Positions 1-7,644 of a DNA stretch of 29,154 bases are shown piece after piece. How positions within the stretch are numbered: position 1 is the stretch's first letter; each line of letters begins with the position of its first letter. The DNA comes from a virus (taxonomy: Duplodnaviria > Caudoviricetes). Location: IMG/VR virus record IMGVR_UViG_3300042196_000047, positions 1-29,154 of that record; one strand, written 5' to 3'. The position numbers and the translations under genes were made by a program. The notes beneath the pieces were generated by a model. It was not told where the DNA came from. It worked only from the letters and a program-made list of their open reading frames with translations, and ran no database searches.

Positions 1-470
1 TCGGGCACGGGCAGGATGTCGTCCACTATCACACTGCGCACTGTAATCCCCCGACGCATCAGGCGATCCACTCTTGCTTCTCCTACTCCTTGGGCAGTCG
101 ATCCTATCTTGGTCATTACTCCTTCCGCCCTCACGTGGTCCTGAGTGATGACGGCGGCGCGTTCGTCGACCCATAGATTGTCCGAGTCGAACCCGGCCTC
201 GATCAGCCCCCCTACCTCGTGGAGCAATAGAGTTGGGTTGACCACGGATGCGGGTCCCAGCACCACTAACATCCTGCTCAGGTCATGCCCCCCCATCACC
301 CCCACCGGTACGTGGTGGGTGACTATCTTCCTCCCATTCCTGATCACGGTGTGACCGGCGTTGGGGCTGAGATTACCAGCCACTATCTCTATGTCATACT
401 TGTCCACCAAGAATGCTGCTGCCTTCCCTTTCGCCTCACTCCCCGCCTGACCACCGAACACGATGTTCAT
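1..470 (-). CDS. purZ: PurZ/PurZ0-like adenylosuccinate-synthetase paralog (2-aminoadenine biosynthesis); 3' end runs off the window
   Basis: Not in the ORF track. Manual translation from ATG 470 (ATGA overlap with the upstream stop): MNIVFGGQAGSEAKGKAAAFL...LSPNAGHTV...LGPASVVNP...VDERAAVIT...KIGSTAQGVG..., open to the edge. PurA-fold motifs are present, with Ser in place of the PurA catalytic Asp (GSEAKG vs GDEGKG). Confidence 0.85.
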   Translation of the reverse strand, partial: MNIVFGGQAGSEAKGKAAAFLVDKYDIEIVAGNLSPNAGHTVIRNGRKIVTHHVPVGVMGGHDLSRMLVVLGPASVVNPTLLLHEVGGLIEAGFDSDNLWVDERAAVITQDHVRAEGVMTKIGSTAQGVGEARVDRLMRRGITVRSVIVDDILPVP

Positions 471-757
471 TTTCCCTTTCTGCATTGCATCCTCCTTTCT
501 TTTTCGTCGTTCATATCGTTAAGTATTGGCACGATAGTGGCTGGCTCAACCCTCGTAAGTCTATCGTATTCGCTCTCAGCGTAGTATTGGGCCATCTCCC
601 CATTGAAGCTTGGATATGGGATTTCACGCTTAAGATGATTAGCATGTAGTTCTAGCATGCGAATAGTGTTGTCAAGGTGAGAGTCCGTCATGTCCCGTAT
701 GTGGATTACGGTTCCATCCTTAGTCTTCCACAACTTGGTTGCTTTTTCCATCCTCAT
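467..757 (-). CDS. hypothetical phage protein
   Basis: ORF with ATGA coupling at both ends; WKTKDG..I.DM.DSHL.N motif of a type I recall from phage hypotheticals. Confidence 0.75.
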   Translation of the reverse strand: MRMEKATKLWKTKDGTVIHIRDMTDSHLDNTIRMLELHANHLKREIPYPSFNGEMAQYYAESEYDRLTRVEPATIVPILNDMNDEKERRMQCRKGK

Positions 758-1479
758 TCCCCTCTGTGGATGAATTTATATATCTCTCTCGCGCTCACAT
801 TGCCGAGCCCCTCTATTTCCTTCCATTCTTCTTCCGTCGCTATCGTCATCTCTTCCATAGTCTTAAATTTACTTATTACCGCCTTGGATCGCTTATGCCC
901 TACATGAGGCAGATCGGCTGCTATGCTCCTAATTCGTAGCGGCTTCCCCACGTTTAGCATCGCCTCCATGGGTCCGGCCCTATTAATCATGTCGTGCCCC
1001 TGATGTTCCTTCCATTCTTTCCCCCACCACCTTTCCAGGTATTTTATTATCTGACACGTGTGAATGAGGTCGCGCGTGGTCCTTACTACCACTCCCGTTG
1101 CTTCCAGCGTGGTTAGGTATGACCACACGCCGTTGGCTCTGAACTTTCTCTTCCCCCGATCTAGCGCCTGCCAATTCCCCCTCCACCTCTGCTCCTTCAA
1201 TTCATCATCGTGCGGGTCCCCGCTCCATACTCCCTCAACCACAAGGTACACTCGGTAGTAGGACTCCAAGAGGCCCGGTAGCTGATGGCCCGATAGACGT
1301 CCCGTGGTGATGGAGTTCACGAGGTCCCCTATGGTCTTGCGCTCGACCCCTATCTCCACCAATCCCTCCGGTCCGTTGCCGGTGATCATTGCATCCCCAA
1401 ATTCCAAGTTGACCATGACGGCCTCAGTCAGAAATTCGGCCATCTCACGACTTCCATCTCTATCATCTATGTAGAGCAA
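754..1479 (-). CDS. ERCC4 (XPF/Mus81/Hef-like) nuclease with C-terminal HhH motifs; probable branch/Holliday-junction resolvase
   Basis: IDDRD...GDA...[16 protein letters not shown] matches the ERCC4 GDxnERKxxxD core; LPHVG and IEGLG resemble HhH motifs; TTG start. Confidence 0.85.
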   Translation of the reverse strand: MLYIDDRDGSREMAEFLTEAVMVNLEFGDAMITGNGPEGLVEIGVERKTIGDLVNSITTGRLSGHQLPGLLESYYRVYLVVEGVWSGDPHDDELKEQRWRGNWQALDRGKRKFRANGVWSYLTTLEATGVVVRTTRDLIHTCQIIKYLERWWGKEWKEHQGHDMINRAGPMEAMLNVGKPLRIRSIAADLPHVGHKRSKAVISKFKTMEEMTIATEEEWKEIEGLGNVSAREIYKFIHRGE

Positions 1480-1720
1480 TTTTGACTCCGTATTTCTCTG
1501 CCCATATCTTAGGCAAGCAACAACGTTTGAACTTCTTCCCGCTCCCGCATGGGCACGCGCTATTGCGCCCTGCTAGTCTCAAGTCCGGCCCCAACTTCCG
1601 TTCCGTGGCCGATGGCCTGATGATGCGGATTCCCCGGATTTCGGCGTTTCTTATTGCCTCCTCCACGTCGGCCCCTCCGAACCTTCTTATCAGTCCAGCC
1701 TCGTCTATTTTCTCTCTCAT
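1463..1720 (-). CDS. SEC-C motif metal-binding protein
   Basis: [18 protein letters not shown] is a canonical SEC-C motif; start at 1720 chosen for its ATGA overlap with the upstream stop. Confidence 0.85.
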   Translation of the reverse strand: MREKIDEAGLIRRFGGADVEEAIRNAEIRGIRIIRPSATERKLGPDLRLAGRNSACPCGSGKKFKRCCLPKIWAEKYGVKIALHR

Positions 1721-2466
1721 GACCATTCCTCTAACTCTGTATCTGGGTAAATTAACGTGGCTAGGGTTGGGAAGTCGTTCATCGGCTCATCCAGTACTTC
1801 CCCATTTATGTTCTTGTTCGGCCCGCAGTCTTTCACCAGCAGGTGGAACCCGTCTCCGTCCCTTTTCGTCTCCACTAGCACCTGCATCAGATACCCCATG
1901 TCCGCGAACCCAGCCCTCTTTACCCTTCCCGTCCGCACCGATATTTCCTTTCCGGTATTGCGATTGATGGTTCCTACGTACTCATCCTTCTGTCTGTGTA
2001 CGAATACCACGCTCTTATTGGAGTTGTAGGTGTCCTTCGTGATCAACTCCCTGAACGCCTTGTTCACCGGCCCGTACTGATTGGGAAGTATTACTTCCGC
2101 CTTCCCGAAGTGGGCCAGTCTGCACATCTCCCACAGTTCCGTCGCGGTGTCCACCACCAGCGATCTTACTTCTTTGCTGGCCAGCGCCGTCCTGTACGCC
2201 TTCACGTACGCTTCCCATATTGCCCTCCACTGAGGCTGGTCTGCGGCCTCCTTATACTTCAATTCGGGTGGGGGCCACGTACCCGCCAACCTATCCTCAA
2301 ACTTGTTCACCACCCCTTCGGCCCCTATGTCCAGGTCGAAGTACGCTATCGGGGGAGGAGCGGTCATGGCTAAATGTGTTTTTCCTTTCTTTTCTAACCC
2401 TTCCACGCTCATGACTAGCCTATTTCGGCTAGGCTTCTTTATGTCCGCGAATCCTACTAATTTCAT
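1717..2466 (-). CDS. P-loop ATPase, AAA_24/Sak4-like recombination protein
   Basis: Walker [15 protein letters not shown], Walker B LVVDT; size and context typical of phage Sak4-like proteins. Confidence 0.7.
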   Translation of the reverse strand: MKLVGFADIKKPSRNRLVMSVEGLEKKGKTHLAMTAPPPIAYFDLDIGAEGVVNKFEDRLAGTWPPPELKYKEAADQPQWRAIWEAYVKAYRTALASKEVRSLVVDTATELWEMCRLAHFGKAEVILPNQYGPVNKAFRELITKDTYNSNKSVVFVHRQKDEYVGTINRNTGKEISVRTGRVKRAGFADMGYLMQVLVETKRDGDGFHLLVKDCGPNKNINGEVLDEPMNDFPTLATLIYPDTELEEWS

Positions 2467-2678
2467 GATTCAGCCTCCTTCATCTTAAACGTCCCACATG
2501 CGGGCGTCGTCCCCCTAGTCACTGGGAAGTAGCTGTTGATTTTGTACTCTATCTTAGCCCCCCCCATTATTATTTCCCTCCCCGTTGCTATGGCGATGGG
2601 CGTGGGCGGAACCCCCCTGCATACCCCGTCTTTCTCTACCTCTTCCCCTCCCCAATGTTTGCATTGGCTACACGTCAT
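2463..2678 (-). CDS. small Cys-rich hypothetical protein
   Basis: CxxC..W...C...PP...FP......CG.F pattern; ATGA-coupled. Confidence 0.7.
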   Translation of the reverse strand: MTCSQCKHWGGEEVEKDGVCRGVPPTPIAIATGREIIMGGAKIEYKINSYFPVTRGTTPACGTFKMKEAES

Positions 2679-2908
2679 AACCCTCCCTCCTCTCTGGTTT
2701 TCCCGTCCGGTGGTCCATCCTCTGCGGGCGTCCCCATCTTCTCTGCCACCCTCATCAGCATCCTCATCGAGCCCTCTAGTTGTATCACTCTGTCCAGCGT
2801 GTGCGTGGTCTCATTCTTAATTCTCACTACATCCTCTACTATCTCTCCGAGTACCGTCTTTACCCTCTGCGCCCTTCCAGCATCCTCGTACGTCTCCTTT
2901 GGGGTCAT
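2675..2908 (-). CDS. hypothetical protein (probable coiled coil)
   Basis: GGAGG precedes ATG 2908; the track's GTG at 2953 is an alternative start. Confidence 0.6.
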   Translation of the reverse strand: MTPKETYEDAGRAQRVKTVLGEIVEDVVRIKNETTHTLDRVIQLEGSMRMLMRVAEKMGTPAEDGPPDGKTREEGGL

Positions 2909-2964
2909 GATCTGCCTCCGTTGATGTTCTGCGTTAACGTGTGCACTGGTCACGGGGCTATAAC

Positions 2965-3315
2965 TTAGCGTCTTCCGAGTATCGGAAGCCGTACCGACAC
3001 ATCTGATAGCCTCGACTTACGTCTCCGTGCCTTGCAGACTACCCGACGCGTCCGGGGTTTCCATTCATCTGCCCCGGACGCCTCGGCATAGTACTTGTAG
3101 GTTCTCAACTCAATTTCGCCAGGTCCCTTTCCTTCACTTACCAAGTCGTGGCATTTCTTGCATAGCGCTATAAAATTATCCATTCTGTCTTTCCCCCCAC
3201 ATGCTTTCGGCACGATGTGGTGTACCTCTATATCAAATCCGTGCGCACAGTCGGGGTTCATACAAATGTGCCCGTACTTGGCTCGGTATTTCCTGACTCC
3301 TCGATTAACCACCAA
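2965..3315 (-). CDS. HNH endonuclease
   Basis: CMNPDC...EVHHIVP...GG.D...N...LCKKCH. Confidence 0.85.
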   Translation of the reverse strand: MVVNRGVRKYRAKYGHICMNPDCAHGFDIEVHHIVPKACGGKDRMDNFIALCKKCHDLVSEGKGPGEIELRTYKYYAEASGADEWKPRTRRVVCKARRRKSRLSDVSVRLPILGRR

Positions 3316-4075
3316 TCACTCCTTTTTCGTAGCTCCATGGCCCGTTCGTGAGAAATTCCTCGTCGTACGCCAGCTTAACGATGGCGTTTCTATCCGGGTC
3401 CGCCTTGAGCGCGTTGAACACAACATTTGCCAACTTCTTCTTGTCCAACCCCTTTGGGTTCTTCTCCAGAATCTCCATGATGGTGTTCTGCGCCTTGTCG
3501 GTCAGGTCGTCCCCGGCTGCCTCCTCACCTTTCCCAGCCTTCGCTGTTCCCACTTTCCCCGTTGCCTTCTTATCCCACGGGAATTTAATTATTCTGTCCA
3601 CCACCAGGTTCTGGCTTTCGTACTCCTTGCCGTCTGCTCTTGGGGCCTTCACTATCCCCTTCCGCTCCGGCGCTTTTATCCTGACCATGTGGGCCTCTAG
3701 CCCCTCAAAGTCCGTGCAATCCTCCCCGATCTTGTCCGGGGGATACTTGGCCTCTATCATGCTGCTGATCAGGATGGCAAGGTTTGAACTCTTGGAGATG
3801 CCACTGGCGGCTCCTATCGATATGAGTTTCCTCCCGTCCTTGCTGGGTTCCCAATCCTTTCCGCTCCCGGCGCTGAAATACTGGATGGCCTCGTATGGTT
3901 CATCTGCCACCACATCCATAGTCACTTTGAGCGCCGGGACTCCTATCGGCACTTTGCCGTTGTAGTCCCACAGTTCAAACCTGCACTCCTTCCACCTCAC
4001 ATCCACGTCGTTGAGCAATCCTCCCCCTTCAACGTAGGTATCCGGGCTTAGACTTGCTCCCTTCTCTTTTGCCAT
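3305..4075 (-). CDS. hypothetical replication-module protein (possibly ssDNA/DNA-binding)
   Basis: Strong AAGGAGG before ATG 4075 and its own sigma70 promoter; the function is guessed from position only. Confidence 0.6.
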   Translation of the reverse strand: MAKEKGASLSPDTYVEGGGLLNDVDVRWKECRFELWDYNGKVPIGVPALKVTMDVVADEPYEAIQYFSAGSGKDWEPSKDGRKLISIGAASGISKSSNLAILISSMIEAKYPPDKIGEDCTDFEGLEAHMVRIKAPERKGIVKAPRADGKEYESQNLVVDRIIKFPWDKKATGKVGTAKAGKGEEAAGDDLTDKAQNTIMEILEKNPKGLDKKKLANVVFNALKADPDRNAIVKLAYDEEFLTNGPWSYEKGVIGG

Positions 4076-4165
4076 ACTTGCTTCCTCCTTTTGAGTGTTT
4101 GATTGTTGTTTGCGCCGCCGATCTCGTTTCACCTCCTCCCTGTCGGCTCTCATATCCACCCCCCT

Positions 4166-4194
4166 ATCATATCACATCTCTGAAATCCCGTCAA
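4166..4194 (-). promoter_or_regulatory. sigma70-type promoter with extended -10
   Basis: TTGACG-17 nt-TATGAT, with TGTG just before the -10. Confidence 0.75.
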
Positions 4195-4268
4195 GGGCCG
4201 ATCTTGCCAACGAGGCAATATGTCGTGCCCATCATGCGCCATCCCCCCTTTCCCTCCGGCGTCCTCCG

Positions 4269-4391
4269 AGTGCCACACGGTGTCACCCGTGGCACACCTG
4301 TGTCAGACTGAGTGCCACGGTGTCTCCAAGAGACACACTGGCATGGCACTCTCGCTTGTCTATGCCATGGCACTACAGTGCCAGTGGCACT
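4269..4391. repeat. iteron-like cluster, putative replication origin
   Basis: About 12 full or near copies of GTG(C/T)CA / TG(G/A)CAC in both orientations, including the inverted repeats AGTGCCA-G-TGGCACT (4377-4391) and GTGTCTC-CAA-GAGACAC (4320-4336); abuts the helicase stop codon. Confidence 0.6.
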
Positions 4392-5361
4392 ATTTTCGTT
4401 TAGCCCGGAAATACGTCCTCCTCGATATCCCGAATCGGTGCATGGCCTCATCGCACGTGAATCCCTCTACATTTAGGCTCGTCCCCTCTTCCTTCCCCTC
4501 ACTTATCTCACTCCACTTGAATTCTTTCCTTCCCCCTTTTCCCTCTACCAGTTCCATCCTCCATTTCCTATCCCCCGTTATATACGCCCTATCCTTCGTG
4601 GGCGTGCACAGAAATTTACATCCCCCCCTCCTATTCGGGTTGTGTAGCTGTATGGCCAGGTCCACGTGGTCCTCGTGGGCGGTCGTTCCTCTCTGGTCCC
4701 CACTCTTTCCTAAATGATGAGCCATTATGGTCGCCACGTCGTGGAATCTCAGTTCCAGCAGCCACCGATTAACCGGGTCGAACTCCATCTTCTCATTCTC
4801 GTCGATTCCAGGCGCTAATGCACTCAGGTTGTCCAATACCAGTAGCCCCACGTCCAATTCCCCTATTAGGTCCAGTATGAAGCACCTCCACACGGAATCT
4901 AATATTGACGCCCGTTTCAGCCCCAGCCGGTATGAGTAGGATTCCGGGTACAGGTAGAGGGAGCGGGGCTGACGCCTGACGTCCCTTCCCAGGTCCATCA
5001 TTCTTATTCTCTCCTGTAACAGGCTCATTGACATCTCCCCATCCACCAGCAGCACGTTCATAGCTTTTTCACATTCCCATGGTCCCACCCTTCCCCCCCA
5101 CGCGACCTCGTTGGCTATGGACTCGATGAGCCAGCTTTTGCCACATCCTCTAGCTCCATTCACAATGGTGATTGACTTCTCCATCACGAGGCCGGATAGG
5201 ATGAACTTGGGTTCCGGTATGGATATGCCCATAAACTCCGCCTTAGTCAGGACGCCGAGGCGGAAGTCGGTGGGCTTGTCCGCCTTCCTTATCTGCTCCG
5301 CCCGCTCCAGTGGGGTATCGTCTGCTATGGTGGGCCATAGCTTGGCCGAGCGTGCCATCAT
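4390..5361 (-). CDS. RecA-family AAA_25/RepA-like helicase with C-terminal HTH
   Basis: GARGCGKS, VLLVDGEM, LLVLDNLS, HHLGKSGDQRG; C-terminal EAMHRFGISRRTYFR is HTH-like. Confidence 0.8.
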   Translation of the reverse strand: MMARSAKLWPTIADDTPLERAEQIRKADKPTDFRLGVLTKAEFMGISIPEPKFILSGLVMEKSITIVNGARGCGKSWLIESIANEVAWGGRVGPWECEKAMNVLLVDGEMSMSLLQERIRMMDLGRDVRRQPRSLYLYPESYSYRLGLKRASILDSVWRCFILDLIGELDVGLLVLDNLSALAPGIDENEKMEFDPVNRWLLELRFHDVATIMAHHLGKSGDQRGTTAHEDHVDLAIQLHNPNRRGGCKFLCTPTKDRAYITGDRKWRMELVEGKGGRKEFKWSEISEGKEEGTSLNVEGFTCDEAMHRFGISRRTYFRAKRK

Positions 5362-5840
5362 TCGGCTTTCCTGGGTCTCACCTGCATGGTTCTTTCCTTC
5401 GTCACTTCTATTCCCTTGAATTTTGCCACTCCGTTCTTGAACTCGGCCACTACAGCCTTATGGTCAACTGTCAGGAATTTTTCCTCCACCTTCTTGATGT
5501 TGGTCACTTCTACCTTTATCTTGCTCATCGGGAATACCAATTCCCCTTCCTCTTTGGTGATAGTCTCGGTGTCGGTGTACTCTTTCATTACCCTTTCCCG
5601 TATGAAGGCGTCTACACTCGCTAGTTGCCCTAATTCGGGCTTGTACTTCTCCCCTGCTGCGGCCAGCGACAGTCTCACTATCCCGGCGGGGTCTATCTCA
5701 TCCTTCTCATCCTCCGTCTTTGCCTCGATCTCCTTCACCCGTCTGCTTATTCCTACCAGAACGGGAAGGGCAGCCTCTGCCCACTTTTTCCCTTTCACCT
5801 TACTTGCCAACAGCCGTTCCGTGTCCGTCTTTACGTCCAT
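5358..5840 (-). CDS. hypothetical protein (Gp157/Gam-like C-terminus, tentative)
   Basis: Helical N-terminus, then VEV.....V...FL.VD..AV....K.G.....GI pattern; lies next to the exonuclease. Confidence 0.55.
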   Translation of the reverse strand: MDVKTDTERLLASKVKGKKWAEAALPVLVGISRRVKEIEAKTEDEKDEIDPAGIVRLSLAAAGEKYKPELGQLASVDAFIRERVMKEYTDTETITKEEGELVFPMSKIKVEVTNIKKVEEKFLTVDHKAVVAEFKNGVAKFKGIEVTKERTMQVRPRKAE

Positions 5841-5860
5841 GATGCGTCCTCTTATCTATT

Positions 5861-6520
5861 TTATTGTGGATTTAGTTTCTGATACAGCTTTACTGCCTCT
5901 TTGAACCTTACTTTATATTTTGGATTGTGGTACGATTTAGTTGCCAGATGGCCTGGGTTCTTCCTTGGCAGGTGTACTACTAACGTCCGATCCGCCCTGG
6001 GCCATCCCTTCGGCCTCCATTCATTATATATGGTTAGGTATGCCCCCTCCACCTGCACCCCAATATCATCATGCAGAGTTCCTGTCTTTATGTCTACTAT
6101 CGTGGCGTTCCTATCTCCCTTCATTACTCCCACGCCGTCGATGCGTCCCGCCACTCTCATTTTCTTACTCCACACTACTACTTCCCTTGCTATCCATCTG
6201 ACCACAAATTTGTCCGCCCAATCGAACCAGCTAATCCAGAACGGAATCAGCCATTTGTCTTTATCCAGCATCTTCTCTATTTCCTTCATCTGATTCATGT
6301 CGTTGAAGTAGGTGACGGCGTGTATCTTCTCCCCAATGTCTGCCGTCTCGGCGCTGATGCGGTCGGCCTCTTCCCCCCCCACCCTTTCCCTCCACGCATC
6401 TAATCCCCGGCGTGCGGACGTGTCGGGGTCTGCCACCTCTATTATGTTGGTCACCCTCGCATACCTGTCCCCATTTATTACATACTTATTGCCCTCTATT
6501 CTCCATTCCAGAGGCTTCAT
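5861..6520 (-). CDS. PD-(D/E)xK exonuclease (phage YqaJ/Cas4-like)
   Basis: RVTNII...G..IH...E......K..VAGRID....IVDIKTG....QV..Y; start ATG 6520 is coupled to the XRE stop, so the track's extension to 6820 is unlikely. Confidence 0.8.
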   Translation of the reverse strand: MKPLEWRIEGNKYVINGDRYARVTNIIEVADPDTSARRGLDAWRERVGGEEADRISAETADIGEKIHAVTYFNDMNQMKEIEKMLDKDKWLIPFWISWFDWADKFVVRWIAREVVVWSKKMRVAGRIDGVGVMKGDRNATIVDIKTGTLHDDIGVQVEGAYLTIYNEWRPKGWPRADRTLVVHLPRKNPGHLATKSYHNPKYKVRFKEAVKLYQKLNPQ

Positions 6521-6717
6521 TCGGCTGACTCCCTCCGCTTTCCATTCTTTCCCCACCCCAGCCATCTGATCACGTCGTCCGTGCTCATTCCCAGCGCTTT
6601 GGACAACGTTACAGTCGTGTTCATCGACGGCTTCCTCTCCCCCCGGAGCAGGCGGCTCACGAATGACACTGATAGCCCCGTCCTTCTTGCCACCCAGCTT
6701 GCACTTACATCTTTCAT
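6517..6717 (-). CDS. XRE-family HTH transcriptional regulator (possible longer isoform from ATG 6792)
   Basis: SASWVARRTGLSVSFVSRLLRGERKPS...LSKALG; GGAGG 8 nt before ATG 6717. Confidence 0.85.
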   Translation of the reverse strand: MKDVSASWVARRTGLSVSFVSRLLRGERKPSMNTTVTLSKALGMSTDDVIRWLGWGKNGKRRESAE

Positions 6718-6810
6718 ACGATATACCTCCATTGGGCTCCTGCCATACACTTCCCCTTTCATTTTGCACCATCTTATACGTTTGAAGGGCATCTCTCCAT
6801 GCACCCCCCC

Positions 6811-6839
6811 ATTGTACCACATCCGGGGCACCCTGTCAA
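6811..6839 (-). promoter_or_regulatory. sigma70-type promoter with extended -10
   Basis: TTGACA-17 nt-TACAAT with TGTG. Confidence 0.85.
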
Positions 6840-6870
6840 TAGGCGGGCTTGTCGATGAGACAATGGTGGG

Positions 6871-6910
6871 TCGGCCCCCCCTGGTGCCCGTAACACCGTT
6901 GGGGGGCCGA
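6871..6910. other. strong intergenic hairpin
   Basis: TCGGCCCCCC...GGGGGGCCGA (10 bp) plus an inner GGTG/CACC stem; no U-tract on the - strand. Confidence 0.55.
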
Positions 6911-6944
6911 TTCGGTTGGATTCTGATTGAGGTTTAATGATGGG

Positions 6945-7109
6945 TCAGCTTGCTGATATGTGCGTTAGAAAGTTAACATCGGAACTCACGAGGATTACGG
7001 TCGGTCCTACCCATACCTTATCCCCCGTGGATGTTACTAGTCCAAATCCTCCAGTCCTTGGGTCGTATGCCCATCCTTCAACTCTAAAGCTGATCACTTT
7101 ACCTTTCAT
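6945..7109 (-). CDS. small hypothetical protein
   Basis: AAGGAGG before ATG 7109; ATGA overlap with the upstream stop. Confidence 0.6.
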   Translation of the reverse strand: MKGKVISFRVEGWAYDPRTGGFGLVTSTGDKVWVGPTVILVSSDVNFLTHISAS

Positions 7110-7399
7110 GTGCTCCTCCTTCGATGCCATCCGGCACCGGCGTATATCTTGGTGTATTTCTGTCTGTACCTTCTGATGGCCTGCTGGCATATTTGCTCCG
7201 CTCTCTGGCGAGACAGGCCGAATGCCATTCCTATCTCGGTGAACGTGTGCTCCCGGTCGGTGCGCAGCGTGCAGTTTCCTAATTCAAACCAATCGATGTA
7301 GTACCTACACCCCCGATTCTCGCACAGCATGTCTTCCCTGGAACAGGGAGGGCCACCTACGCCCTCCCGTTCCCCGATGGCACGATCGGTGGGGTTCAT
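7106..7399 (-). CDS. stand-alone sigma70 region-4-like HTH protein with Cys cluster
   Basis: HTFTEIGMAFGLSRQRAEQI.QQA.RR resembles region 4.2 (TL.EIG..F..SRERVRQI); four Cys upstream. Confidence 0.7.
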   Translation of the reverse strand: MNPTDRAIGEREGVGGPPCSREDMLCENRGCRYYIDWFELGNCTLRTDREHTFTEIGMAFGLSRQRAEQICQQAIRRYRQKYTKIYAGAGWHRRRST

Positions 7400-7533
7400 G
7401 ACTTCCTCCATCTAGGTACGAATCCATCCTCCTCCAACACTCGCCCACATTTACTACACACCTTCTTCCATACGTATATGAATCCTACTACCTCCGTTAC
7501 AATCACAGTACGAAAATGCCAGCATTTCCCCAT
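7396..7533 (-). CDS. 45-aa Zn-ribbon-like protein
   Basis: Below the track cut-off: MGKCWHFR...VCSKCGRVLEE...; GAGGAGG RBS; ATGA overlap with the next gene. Confidence 0.65.
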   Translation of the reverse strand: MGKCWHFRTVIVTEVVGFIYVWKKVCSKCGRVLEEDGFVPRWRKS

Positions 7534-7562
7534 GGCGTCCTCCTCTCATTTTGTTTTAGATT

Positions 7563-7643
7563 TCACTGACCAAGGGGCCTGGTTGACGCTGTGTTAGTGT
7601 CCGAGACCCCCCGGTTTCGCCGCTTCACGGCTCGTCAGAGTGA
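7563..7643 (-). ncRNA. type I hammerhead ribozyme
   Basis: - strand: UCACU-CUGACGA-GCCG(UGAAG)CGGC-GAAA-CCGGGGGGUCU...AGGCCCCUUGG-UC/AGUGA. All core nucleotides and stems I-III are present; predicted GUC cleavage between 7568 and 7567. Confidence 0.9.
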
Positions 7644-7644
7644 C

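Noticed and set aside
1-470. Ordinary purA auxiliary metabolic gene
   Set aside because: The catalytic Asp of GDEGKG is Ser here, which fits the PurZ family better.
4269-4391. TGGCAC copies as sigma54 promoters or as a CRISPR array
   Set aside because: The copies I checked lack TTGC at the 5-nt spacing; units are 6-8 bp with no repeat-spacer periodicity.
6521-6820. 100-aa N-terminal extension of the exonuclease ORF
   Set aside because: Overlaps the XRE gene in another frame and starts inside the promoter; ATG 6520 is coupled to the XRE stop.
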